DNA of 64,000 bases from assembly GCF_009914755.1 (NCBI RefSeq), contig NC_060946.1. One strand, 5' to 3'. This DNA is from the human T2T-CHM13v2.0 reference genome, Homo sapiens. The notes beneath the pieces are model-generated. The model worked only from the letters and a program-made list of their open reading frames with translations. It was not told the DNA's origin and ran no database searches. Below are positions 47,301 to 59,435 of the stretch, one piece after another (position 1 is the first letter of the stretch; each line of letters begins with the position of its first letter). Both the position numbers and the translations under genes were made by a program.

Positions 47301-48317
47301 GGCCTGGGTTGGAATGGATTGGAGTGGAGTGCAGTGGAGTGGAATGGAGTAGAGTGGAGTGGATTGGAGTGGAGTGGAATGGAATGGAGTGGAGTGGAGT
47401 GGAATGGAGTGGAGTGGAGTGGTGTGGATTGGAGTAGAGTGGAGTGAAATGGAATTGAATGGAGTGGAATGGAATGGAGTGGAGTGTATTGGAATAGAGT
47501 GGAATGGAATGGATTGGAATGGAATGGAGTGGTGTGTATTGGAGTGGAGAGTAATGGAATGGAGTGGAGTGGACTGGAGTGGAATGGAATGGAGTGGAAC
47601 TGATTGGAATGGAGTGGAATGGAATGGATTGGAATGGAATGGAATGGAGTGGAATGCAGTGGAGTGGAGTGGAGTGGAATGGAGTGGAGTGGAGAGGAGT
47701 GGAGTGTAATGGAGTGGAATGGAGTGTAATGGAATGGAATGGAGTGGAATGGAGTGGAGTGGAATGGAATGGAGTGGAATGGAGTGGTGTGGAATGGAAT
47801 GGAGTGGAATGGAGTGGACTGGTGTGGATTGGAGTGGAGTGGAGTGGAGTGAAATGGAATTGAATGGAGTGGAATGGAATGGAGTGGAGTGTATTGGAAT
47901 AGAGTGGAATGGAATGGATTGGAATGGAATGGAGTGGTGTGTATTGGAGTGGAGAGTAATGGAATGGAGTGGAGTGGAGTGGAGTGGACTGGAGTGGAAT
48001 GGAATGGAGTGGAATTGATTGGAATGGAGTGGAATGGAATGGATTGGAATGGAATGGAATGGAGTGGAATGCAGTGGAGTGGAGTAGAATGGAGTGGAGT
48101 GGAGTGGAGAGGAGTGGAGTGGAATGGAGTGGAATGGAATGAAATGGAGTGGAATGAGTGGAGTGGAATGGAATGGAGTGGAATGGAGTGGTGTGGAATG
48201 GAATGGAGTGGAATGGAGTGGAGTGGAGTGGAGTGGATTGGAATTGAGACGAGTGGAGTGGAATGGAATGGAATGGAATAGAATGGAATGGAATGGAATA
48301 TAATGGTGAGATGAAAT

Positions 48318-48373
48318 GTGAGCCTAGATTGTGCCACTGCACTCCGTCCTGGGTGACAGAGTGAGATCCTGTC
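48318..48373 (+). mobile_element. Alu 3' fragment (AluJ-like) embedded in satellite
   Basis: GTGAGCCTAGATTGTGCCACTGCACTCCGTCCTGGGTGACAGAGTGAGATCCTGTC. Confidence 0.85.
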
Positions 48374-48654
48374 GAAAGAAAGGAATTGAAGGGATTAGAG
48401 TGGAATGGAATGGAATGGAATGGAAATGAATGGAATGGAGTGTAGTGGGTTGGAGTGGAGTGGAGTGGAATGAAGAGGAATGGAATGGAATGGAATGGAA
48501 TGAAAAGGAATGCAGTGGAGTACAGTGGAGTAGAGTGTTTTGGAATAGAATGAAATGGAATTGAATTGAATGGAATGCAATGGAATGGAATGGAATGGAA
48601 TGGAATGGAATGGAATGGAATGGAGTGGAATGGAAGGAAACGGTCAAATGAAAA

Positions 48655-48710
48655 GTGGGCTGAGATTGTGCTACTGCACTCCAGCCTGGGTGACGGAGTG
48701 AGATCCTGAC
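48655..48710 (+). mobile_element. Alu 3' fragment (AluJ-like) embedded in satellite, second copy
   Basis: GTGGGCTGAGATTGTGCTACTGCACTCCAGCCTGGGTGACGGAGTGAGATCCTGAC. Confidence 0.85.
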
Positions 48711-48909
48711 GAAATAAAATGGAATGGAATGAATTGTAATGAAATGGAACGGAATGGAATGGAATGGAGGGTAGTGGACTGGAGTGGAGCGAAATGGAGT
48801 GAAGTAGAGTGGAAGGGAGTGGAATGGAATGGAATGGAATGTAGTGGAACGGAATGGAATGGAATGGAATGGAATGGAATGGAATGGAGTGGAGTGGAGT
48901 GAAGTGGAG

Positions 48910-49505
<596 letters not shown>

Positions 49506-51445
49506 TTGTTTTTGTCCTGAGAAGTTTGTTGGGACTTTCAGCTAGGAGATAATATGTTCTGAGTCTTGGGTATCTCAAATGATAGCAGGTAAGAAGTTTT
49601 ACTTGTCTGGAGAGCAGAGTGCCAGTGCATAATTTTATGCAGAGGAGGGAATAAAGAGAATTCCCTACAATTTGAATCAGAAATATGGCTCATATTTTTA
49701 TGTACAACAATCTCTAAGGCTTCTTGGAAAGGAACTAGCTGCCTGATTTTTTTTTCATTTGAATCCACTAATACATGAAGAGGATGATTCTCCCATACCA
49801 ATCACGAGAATGATATCTGTAGAATCAAAATTTGAAATCCTATTATCCTAGAACTTTTTTCAGAAAACTTGAACATGTATTGAAATGTCATGCTGGTCAT
49901 ATATTTTATAGCAATGATGAATTTACTTATTATATACTTTAGCTTTTTAGCCCTTTCCCTGCCACCAGAAATGTTTCTTTTGAATCCAATATGGTCCTCA
50001 GGGTTTAAGAATGTTAAGGAATGTATAGGGGTTCCTTTTTTCTTCTTCTTTTTTTTTTGTCAAGCTATTGTATATTTTTACTTTACCTGTTTGGGTATGT
50101 AGTTACTATTTTTTTGGACTCTCATACCAGAAAAAACATTATAGTGAATTTTACATGTATGGAGTCTTCATTAATCTGTATAAACTGACAAGTTTAGAAT
50201 ATCAAAGTCAACACTGTAAAAAATAAAGTGATATTTTATCTGGTCTATCTCCTTGCAAATAAAACAACAATAAATTCTCCACTATTATGAAATATAAGAG
50301 CTTGAAAATTTTTCAAGTGCCTTGTATAGAATGGCCTTCGAATTCAAGGTATAAACTACAACAAAACACTTTCGAGATCTAGTTTGATTGCAGAGTGCAT
50401 TCTTACTCATTTATATATTCTCTGCAATTTCTGATTCAAGATATTTCACAATTTTAAAGGAAAGCCAAAATAGGATAATAATTACAAAACAAAATAAAAA
50501 GTAATTGAGGAAGATAACTGAGCAACTTATTCTTGACAACTAGCTTTTTAACACACAGAAAAGTGCACTAAAAATACTGCCTAGTTGTTTAAGGTAGGCT
50601 GAGATCTGACTGTATCCCCTAAGTGAGTGTCATAAAGAAAAAATTACCTTTGAGGGAGCACAGTGGTTAAATTTAAAAGATTTATTGTTTAACCTCAGGA
50701 ACACTTTCAGTAACTTTTTATAAAATGTATACATTTAATGGAAGACATGCTATGCTTCTTGTAAGAATTTGTTCCAAGTCACTGTGTATAATTAATGGCT
50801 TGTCTACATATTTTTTCGATAAAAGTGTTCATGCAGAATTTTAAGTAGGCACTTTCAGTACCAGAATGAATGTATCTTTGTGAAGATACCATTTATGTAC
50901 CATAACATCCAAAGCATAATGAGGAGATTTTGATACACTGAAGATTTAGAACTGAGTTGGAAAACAAAACTTCAACATACTGTCTTGTCAGCACAAAGCA
51001 AATAAATTCATCACTGTAAGTTGAGACTGAAATTCACAAACTTATAAGCAATAAAATCAAAGTAATTTTATTATAAGTTTTTTGACACCAGATTATATGG
51101 GGTAAATAATTTACTTTCTAATCAAGCAATTGATACATATAAACCTGAAATAGAGAGTTTTGCCTTTTAATTAGATACATTGTTAAACAAAGAATGGTTG
51201 AAGCAGCAGTTGAGAACTCTCTTTTTCTCTTTTTGCTGTTCTTACAAGGACAGTTTCTAGAATTCTTTTCAAAACAATAGAACAGAAAATTTCACTTACT
51301 TAATTTAAGTTTTGTTAAAGTACTTTGCCAAAATTAGCAAATTATGAAAGGAAAGTTTGCCTTTTCAATATATATGTAAGGGGCAAGTAAAAGTTGTTCT
51401 TACATCACGTGATCTCATAGAAATAACATGTGATAAAAAGAGTTC

Positions 51446-52152
51446 TGAAGGTGTTCAGGAAATGCCAGTCCTAAATGGATTGCTTTGGTGTACTGATTAC
51501 ATCGAACTGAAAATATTTGAAAAACAACAAATGCGGGACATGCTTTCGCTGCACTCCCTTTACGTTCCTCAAGTGAGATCCTCAAAAAGCAACTTTCAAT
51601 ACCAGAATGAATGTATCTTTGTAAAGATACCATTTATCTACCATAACATCCAAAGCATGATGAGCAGATTTTTATATACTGCAGATTTAGAACTGAATTG
51701 GAAAACAAAGCTTCAAGATACTGTCTTGTCAGCACAAAGACATTCATCTCCTTCCTAGGAGTTTCATCAGCCAGGGAAAATTGACTCCTCATATCACAGG
51801 AGACAAGACTAAGGGTCGATACTACACCAAGACAGACTGCCACAAACTATCATCTATTCTCCTAAGGGTCTGGTCATCTTTCCCAAAAGTCATTTGCTCT
51901 CCCCTAAGTTTCCACATTCTTCCTCCTGCCTTCCCTATAAGCTCCTAAATCTCACTGGGGTTTTTTCTTGCTGGTGTTTTGTTTGTTTTGTTTTGTTTTG
52001 TTTTTGATTCCACTTTTCTTTCCTGTGATTCCCCCATGCGTGTAATAAATGTGTATACCTTTTCTTCTTTTGACATGCCTGTTATCCATTTATTTCATAG
52101 ACTCAGTTATCATACCTTCAGAGGGTAGAGGGAAAGGTCTCCAAGTCCTACA
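51446..52152 (+). mobile_element. Solo ERV1-class LTR (MER34-like)
   Basis: TG...CA termini (TGAAGGTGTTCAGGAAATGCC...CCTACA); 4-bp TSD GTTC at 51442-51445 and 52153-52156; TATAA ~51936 and AATAAA ~52044. Family assigned from recalled consensus. Confidence 0.78.
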
Positions 52153-53783
52153 GTTCCAAAAGAAAATAGCTAGTAACTGCAAATGCAAAAGTCATATAAA
52201 CTTTGAGACAAAGTTAACTTCTTATACGATATGTTCAGAAAGAAGAGGTGTTTGCACACCAAGGGACATTTCCCTGGTCTTAGCTGCTAAGTTTCTCAGA
52301 GAAGAAGCAGTTACTACTACAGCAGTTAAACATCTGACTCCCAAATTATAAAAGCCTAAGTGTTGATTTTAAATTATTAATTGTCACCTGTGAATCATAA
52401 AGTCTGAACTCTTTAAATTGCAAACACACATATAAAAGGGATTCTTATACAAGGATCCATGAGTGGAACTGCAAAGTTTTGTCAAAATCTGTATATATGT
52501 TTTCTTTTTAAGGATCATAGATTTCAATATATGTTAAAAGATATCTGGAGCTAGTAAAGATTAATAACCATTTTCAGTTTCGTGCTGAAATTGGCAAATC
52601 ATGGCTTTTCTCCCTCCAACACACCCCCTCCCGCCCCAGCACACCACTGGTTAATCTTTATTTTCAGGAGAGAAAAAGATGTTTCATATTAATAAAGGTA
52701 AATTATACACTTGTTTGTTTTATACTTTTCCACCTCTTAAGCTTAATGGTGTTTTAATAATATATAATTGAATACATTAACATTTAGATGTTAGTAAACT
52801 AATAACAAATGTTCATTATTTCTCGAGTAGAGGAATACAAATTTTGCACCCATTGTTGTATAGAATGATTTTTAAAATCTCATTCAATCCCTTAGAATTT
52901 TAAGATTTTTTTTTCAAGAATTTATATATAAAATTTTTACTTAGAAGCAGATAGCTCACAAAAAGTATGGGAGTTTTTTTTGGATTATAAATAAACTATT
53001 CCACTCACCAAGATGCTGAGACATCCTACTTTTTGGTATTTTGAAATGAAAACAAAACACAAGAATGTGACGATGAAGCAAGTGAAAATTAAAAGGGTAC
53101 AGACTTTAGAAGTATCATAAGCTAAAAATAAAGTGAAATAAATCTGTAAAGGAACCAAAAGCCCAGGCAGATATAATACAGTAAATTATGAGAAGCTAAA
53201 AAAATGAGGGGGTGACAAACAATAAAGTGAAAATCTCTGATAAAACCAAAACTATTTGAATGGCAGTCAACAAAACAGAAGAAAAAAATGACACTCATAA
53301 CAAGGCAGAACTATGGAAATGCATCCCCGGGGGTAAGATAATAGAGTTGTTAATTAGTGGAGGCGAATCACCAATACTGGCCAACTAAAGCCCGCTAACA
53401 TAATTCAAAGGATGGAGAAATTCTGTAGCTGAAGATAAAAAGTCTGAAATATATTATGGTATAGTCAAATGAGTGTCATTTCTAATATACACACTTTTTT
53501 TCAAGAGTTGATAATATGAAGTAAAAATTTAGTATGCAAAGTTCAAATTTTCCATTTGTTGAGTAATTCATTTTTATTAAATATTTTCCAACAATTAAAC
53601 TAATGTGGTACCAGAACAGAGTAGACATTCTGAGCAACTTTACAAAAGCTACACATAAATCTACATACTTTTTAAGGGTATAAACAAAGTCAGAGCCTGT
53701 GTGATATTTCAATAAACAATTGAAGAAAATTTTTCTTTAAGAATAGATTATATACATATTGACCTCTTTGAGATCCTTATTTT

Positions 53784-55584
53784 TTTCTTTTTTTTGTGTG
53801 TGTGGACATATGTTTTCATTTCTTTTTTAATTATAGTTATTATACATTATGTTTTAAGGTACATGTGCAGAACGTGCAGGTTTTTTTACATATGTATACA
53901 TGTGCCATGTTGGTGTGCTGCACCCATTAACTCGTCATTTAATATTAGGTATATCTTCTAATGCTATCCCTCCTCCCTCCCCCCAACCCACAACAGTCCC
54001 CAGTGTGTGATGTTACCTTTCCTGTGTCCATGTGTTCTCACTGTTCAATTCCCACCTATGAGTGAGAACATGTGGTGTTTGGTTTTTTGTCCTTGTGATA
54101 GTTTGCTGAGAATGATGGTTTCCAGCTTCATCCATGTCCCTACAAAGGACATGAACTCATCATTTTTTATGGCTGCATAGGATTCCATAGTGTATATGTG
54201 CCACATTTTCTTAATCCAGTCTATCATTGTTGGACATTTGGGTTGGTTCCAAGTCTTTGCTATTGTGAATACTGCCACAATAAACATACGTGTGCATGTA
54301 TCGTTATAGCAGCATGATTTATAATCCTTTGGGTATATACCCAGTAATGGGATGGCTGGGTCAAATGGTATTTCCAGTTCTAGATCCCTGAGGAATTGCC
54401 ACACTGACTTCCACAATGGTTGAACTAGTTTACAGTCCCATCAACAGTGTAAAAGTGTTCCTATTTCTCCACATCCTCTCCAGCACCTGTTGTTTCCTGA
54501 CTTTTTAATGATCGCCATTCTAACTGGTGTGAGATGGTATCTCATTGTGGTTTTGATTTGCATTTCTCTGATGGGCAGTGATGGTGAGCATTTTTTCATG
54601 TGTCTTTTGGCTGCATAAATGTCTTCTTTTGAGAAGTGTCTGTTCATATCCTTCTCCCACTTTTTGATGGGGTTGCTTTTTTCTTGTAAATTTGTTTGAG
54701 TTCATTGTAGATTCTGGATATTAGCCCTTTGTCAGATGAGTAGATTGCAAAACTTTTCTCCCATTCTGTAGGTTGCCTGTTCACTCTGATGGTGCTTTGT
54801 TTTGCTGTGCAGAAGCTCTTTAGTTTAATTAGATCCAATTTGTCAATTTTGGCTTTTGTTGCCATTGCTTTTGGTGTTTTAGACATGAAGTCCCTGCCCA
54901 TACCTATGTCCTGAATGGTACTGCCTAGTTTTTTTCCACGGTTTTTATGGTTTTAAGTCTAACATGTAAGTCTTTAATCCATCTTGAATTAATTTTTGTA
55001 TAAGGTGTAAGGAAGGGATGCAGTTTCAGCTTTCTACATACAGCTAGCCAGTTTTCACAGGGCCATTTATTAAATAGGGAATCCTTTCCCTAGTTCTTGT
55101 TTCTGTCAGGTTTGTCAAAGATCAGATAGTTGTAGACATGTGGCATTATTTCTGAGGGCTCTGTCCTGTTCCATTGGCCTCTATCTCTCTTTTGGTACCA
55201 GTACCATGCTGTTTTGGTCACTGTAACCTTGTAGTATAGTTTGAAGTCAGGCAGCTCGGTACCTCCAGCTTTGTTCTTTTGGCTTAGGATTGACTTGGCA
55301 ATGCAGGCTCTTTTTTGGTTCCATATGAACTTTAAAGTAGTTTTTTCCAATTATGTGAAGAAAGTCATTGGTAGCTTGATGGTGATGGCATTGAATCTTT
55401 AAATTACCTTGGGCAGTATGGCCATTTTCACAATATTGATTCTTCCTACCCATGAGCATGGAAGGTTCTTACATTTGTTTGTATCTTATTTCATTGAGCA
55501 GTGGTTTGTAGTTCTCCTTGAAGAGGTCCTTCACATCCTTTGTAAGTTGGATTTCTAGGTATTTTATTCTCTTTGAAGCAATTG
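53784..55584 (-). mobile_element. 5'-truncated L1PA element (~1.8 kb, ORF2 C-terminus and 3' UTR)
   Basis: Frameshifted ORF2 peptides ([62 protein letters not shown]); TSD (TTG)AGATCCTTATTTT at 53768-53783 and 55582-55597. Confidence 0.96.
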
Positions 55585-55620
55585 AGATCCTTATTTTGAG
55601 AGCCATTTCAGAATCTGGGG

Positions 55621-55940
55621 TTTTGTTTTGTTTTGTTTTGTTTTGTTTTGCTTTGTTTTGAGATGGAGTCTCTCTCTGTTACCAGGCTGGAGTACAGTGG
55701 CACAGTCTTGGCTCATGCAACCTCTGCCTCTCAGGTCCAAATGATTCTCCTGCCTCAGCCTCCCAAGTAGCTGGGACTACAGGCACGTGCCACCATGCCC
55801 AGCTAACTTTTGTACTTTTTTTAGTAGAGATGGGGTTTCGCCATGTTGGCCAGGTTGGTCCCGATCTGTTGACCTTGTGATTTGCCTGCCTCAACCTCCC
55901 AAAGTGCTGGGATCACAGACATGAGCCACTGTGCCCAGCC
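55621..55940 (-). mobile_element. Full-length AluS (AluSc-like) with (GTTTT)n tail
   Basis: GAGATGGAGTCTCTCTCTGTTACCAGGCTGG...GAGCCACTGTGCCCAGCC; TSD AGAATCTGGG(G)TTTT at 55610 and 55942. Confidence 0.95.
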
Positions 55941-56889
55941 TAGAATCTGGGTTTTAACCAGATTTGCCATTATAAAATGAAATGAAACCAAAACCACCAG
56001 TCAATATCTGTAGCAGTGTTATTGTTGGGGAGCATGCACGTTTGTTTGAGCTTATTTATATATACAGAGCTCTTTAGCTTAATGTTTAAATTGAAAATTT
56101 TTAGTATTTTTAGAATGTTTTAGATACTTTGATGAATAAATTTTGTGTTAAGAAGCTACAATTAAAAAAATTATAGGTTATATATTTCTGAACACATTGG
56201 CAGATGTAAATGACAAAGATATATTCACACAATCAGTTTTTCTTGCACAGAACTGACATTTTGTCAAAAAGTTAAAATCTTTGAAATGTATTTTCTGTCC
56301 TCATCTTTCCCTTTTGAGCATTTTTTCCCCCTGGGTTGGTTATAAAGTGTTCCCTAACTTCAGGCATCTGATTAAATTTTGGGTTTTCTCCCTTCCTACC
56401 AACTCATATGGATTGGTAATGATCTGATAGAAGACAATTGCCAAAAATCAATCAAATATGTTTTAAATTAAACTTCTCCAAGATAATATTCATATTAATC
56501 CTTCTTTAATTGCTGAATGAGGAATAATTGTTCACTGACCCTTAAAATCCTAAAACTTAATCAGCTCACTGGAGTGGATGAATGGATATTTGTCCAGATG
56601 AGAATGCTTAAGGTCTACTTCAAGGTGTTCATAATAGTAAAAATGTCCTTTTCTTCCATCAGAAGCTTCATCCTGGATCTTTTCATCCTTATTTTTCTAC
56701 TAGCTCTCCTTCTCCAAATACACTGGCTTGGAACCCCAGTTTCAGTGGTGGACTGCGTGGATTTGATTCTAAGCTATGCTATAATGAGAAAGTAGCTCTA
56801 ACCCTATTCTCATTTTCTTCACATCTAATATAGAAATCATCATCAGACAATATACAGATAGGGGCCAGTTATTTCACAGAAAATAATAG

Positions 56890-57480
56890 GTGAAAATGGA
56901 GAGTATGTGGGTGTAGACATGGTAAAGTGAGTTTAAATGATTTCAGGAGTCTGTGGAAGTTGTCTTTGGATGATTCAATGTTCTCAGGGATATTGAGGAT
57001 TTCTGGGGAAGTGTTAGGGATTAGAGACAGGATAAGATACCAAACTAGGTAAATTAGAGAGAGAATAGATTGGAACATATGTAGTATGATTGATTGATAG
57101 GCAGCACTGAGATTCTCATTTTCAAGTGGGATAGTTTTCAATTTGATCCATATATCTAGTTGCTCAAATATATGTGGGGATTTGGTGGAAATCCCCTAAC
57201 CAGGGTTATTTTCCTGGTTAGATTCAGCAAAGTGAAAGAGAAACAAGGAAGTTGAAGTTTCCTGGGAATGGTTGGCCATGGAATTTAGGCAGAAGAACAG
57301 GAAATAGAGTACATCAAGTAGGTAAGGGTCATTGTGAGTTGATAAAATAATAGTTTGGAGGTCTCAGAGAGATTGAAAAATTTTATGTCAGCGTATGAAA
57401 GGGAGTGATTAAAGGAAGAGCTCAGAGAATGGGATGAATGAAATTGTGACTACAGAGAAGTTCCTATTATAAGTAACGAC
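56890..57480 (-). mobile_element. Probable degenerate L2 fragment
   Basis: Purine-rich tract with GTGGAAGTTGTCTTTGGATGATTCAATGTTCTCAG resembling antisense L2; boundaries approximate. Confidence 0.45.
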
Positions 57481-57491
57481 GATACTTCACT

Positions 57492-57679
57492 CAGTCCATC
57501 TGGAAGTGTGGACCCTGTGCTAGCAGCATCAGCATCACCTGGGAACTTACTAGAACTGCATATTCTCAGGTTACAGCCCCAGATCTACCAAATCTGAAAT
57601 TCCAATAGCAGGTCTAAGCAATCTCTTATTGTAACACAACTATAGGCAATTTTGAGGCACACAGTAGTTAGCACAACTG
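57492..57679. mobile_element. MER5A-like hAT-Charlie DNA transposon relic
   Basis: AAGTGTGGACCC...AGCAGCATCAGCATCACCTGGGAACTTACTAGAACTGCATATTCTCAGG...CAACTG. Confidence 0.8.
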
Positions 57680-57689
57680 GTCTAGGGTA

Positions 57690-58372
57690 TGTCCTATTTG
57701 GTCTTCCTCCCCAGTTCACAGTACAGAGCTCCTAAAACTTGAAATTTCCTGATAGAGATGAGAGGACCATCTTTTACTAGTCATAAGTCCCTCTTAGCCA
57801 TACCTGAGTTTATGCTATTGACATGACATGAGTGGTGGCTGGAGACCCGTATAGCTTCAGGGTGGATGCTGGACACCAGAAACATGAAGGCATAACTAGA
57901 TGTTTGAAACTGTCAGCTCTGTCCTCCATCACCTCTGAGGTGCTGGGAGGGTGGTACAATGATATACTTAGAGGTCATATGGCAGCTTTGTGCCCCTTTT
58001 CACCATACCTGGCCCTATGTGTCTCTTCTATTTGACAGTTCCTGATTTGTATCAGACAGTAACTGTAAGCAAAGTGCTTTCTTGGGTTCTGTGTGCCATG
58101 TTAGCAAATTATAGAACCTGGGGAAGGAATCCATGGAAGTCCTAATTTATAGCCAGTTGGTCAGGAGTATGGGAGGCCCACAACTCCTCTCTAATGGTGG
58201 GGGGGCAGTCTTGTGGGCCTGAACCCTGAACTTGTGGGATCTGATGCTATCTCCAGATAGATAGTCTCAGGATTGAATTGAATTGTAGGACACCATTTGG
58301 TGTCCTGAGAGTTGAAGAATTGATTGAGGTGAGACTAAATCCACAAATTTGATATCAGAAGTTTGAGTAGAA
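57690..58372 (+). mobile_element. MER21-like LTR
   Basis: ACAGAGCTCCTAAAAC, CCATACCTGAGTTTATGCTA, GGGGCAGTCTTGTGGG, GTGGGATCTGATGCTATCTCCAG, TGAATTGAATTGTAGGACACC motifs. Confidence 0.75.
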
Positions 58373-59204
58373 ATAATTCTGTTGGAAAACATTATCGTTA
58401 GATCAAAGTTGTTCATAGAACTGAGAGATCAAAATGGCAAAGAGTCATCTACGATTACACATTGTTGACATAAACTAGAATTAAGACAAGAGTACGTCAA
58501 AGAGAGTCACATTGAGCCAGGGATAAAAATAGTCAATCAATTGATTAGAATTTAGTAAATGCTATTTCTAAAACAATTAATCTTTACTTAATTAATGGAG
58601 CTACTTAATTATCTCCATTTTGACTTTAAATTTATAAATAAAAAATTACTATTTTATCTATTTTCCTCAAATGGAAATTGAAAAGCAATAGCAAAATGCT
58701 TTGACAGAAAATCTGCCCTTCTTATTCCCAAGAGGAAGAATGGCCAACTACCTTAAGCACAAAGTTGGAAAATCTTTCATAATTTTTTAAGTTGCCATAT
58801 TTTATAGCTTTAAACAAGTTGAATTATTAACTAGACTGTCCAGGGAATGAAGCCATCCAATATAATTTCCCTTCTATTTAGATAAGATCTTTGTTGTTGA
58901 AAATCTTAATCATTTTTAATGATCCTGTTTTCAGAGCCTGATGTTAATGATTCGTGAAACTCATTAAATGTCGTTATGCATCTGATTTGAAAATCATGAG
59001 GGAGATTTTTGGTCAGACATGCATAGCAAATCTATGTCACTAGACATATGTCCCTGCTACCCATGTCACAACTTTTATGTCTACTCTTGAATTGAGGTTT
59101 TGCTACATTTTATTTTTGAGGTTTAAGAATTATTCATTTAACTGACGGAAAATTGTGTTTCTCTTGTTAGAATAGAGTCCAATTTATCTTTTCTATTTTT
59201 CATG

Positions 59205-59435
59205 GAGACATGAAAGGATGTGAATTTGGAATCAGAGAAACCTGAGTTCCACCATGCTTTCTTCCTCTTGCAAGCCATGATATCCACAGTGGGTTAGTGG
59301 ATATTACAAAACCTCTCGTCCTACCTTATTAAGATGGAAAAAAAATATTAATTGAAAGAATGAATGTGATAATGAGAAGAAATGGTATCAATAAAGTTTC
59401 TGCAACACAGTAAGTTCTAACAAATGCTAGTTCTT
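59205..59435 (+). mobile_element. MIR relic
   Basis: TTTGGAATCAGAGAAACCTGAGTTC...AACACAGTAAGTTCTAACAAATGCTAGTT. Confidence 0.6.

Larger units (their letters stand above)
23351..48909 (+). repeat. Diverged HSat3-related (GGAGT/GGAAT)n pentamer satellite
   Basis: Mixed GGAGT/GGAAT/GGATT/GCAGT/GTAGT pentamers, no CAACCCGAGT; same strand polarity as the canonical domain. Confidence 0.93.
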
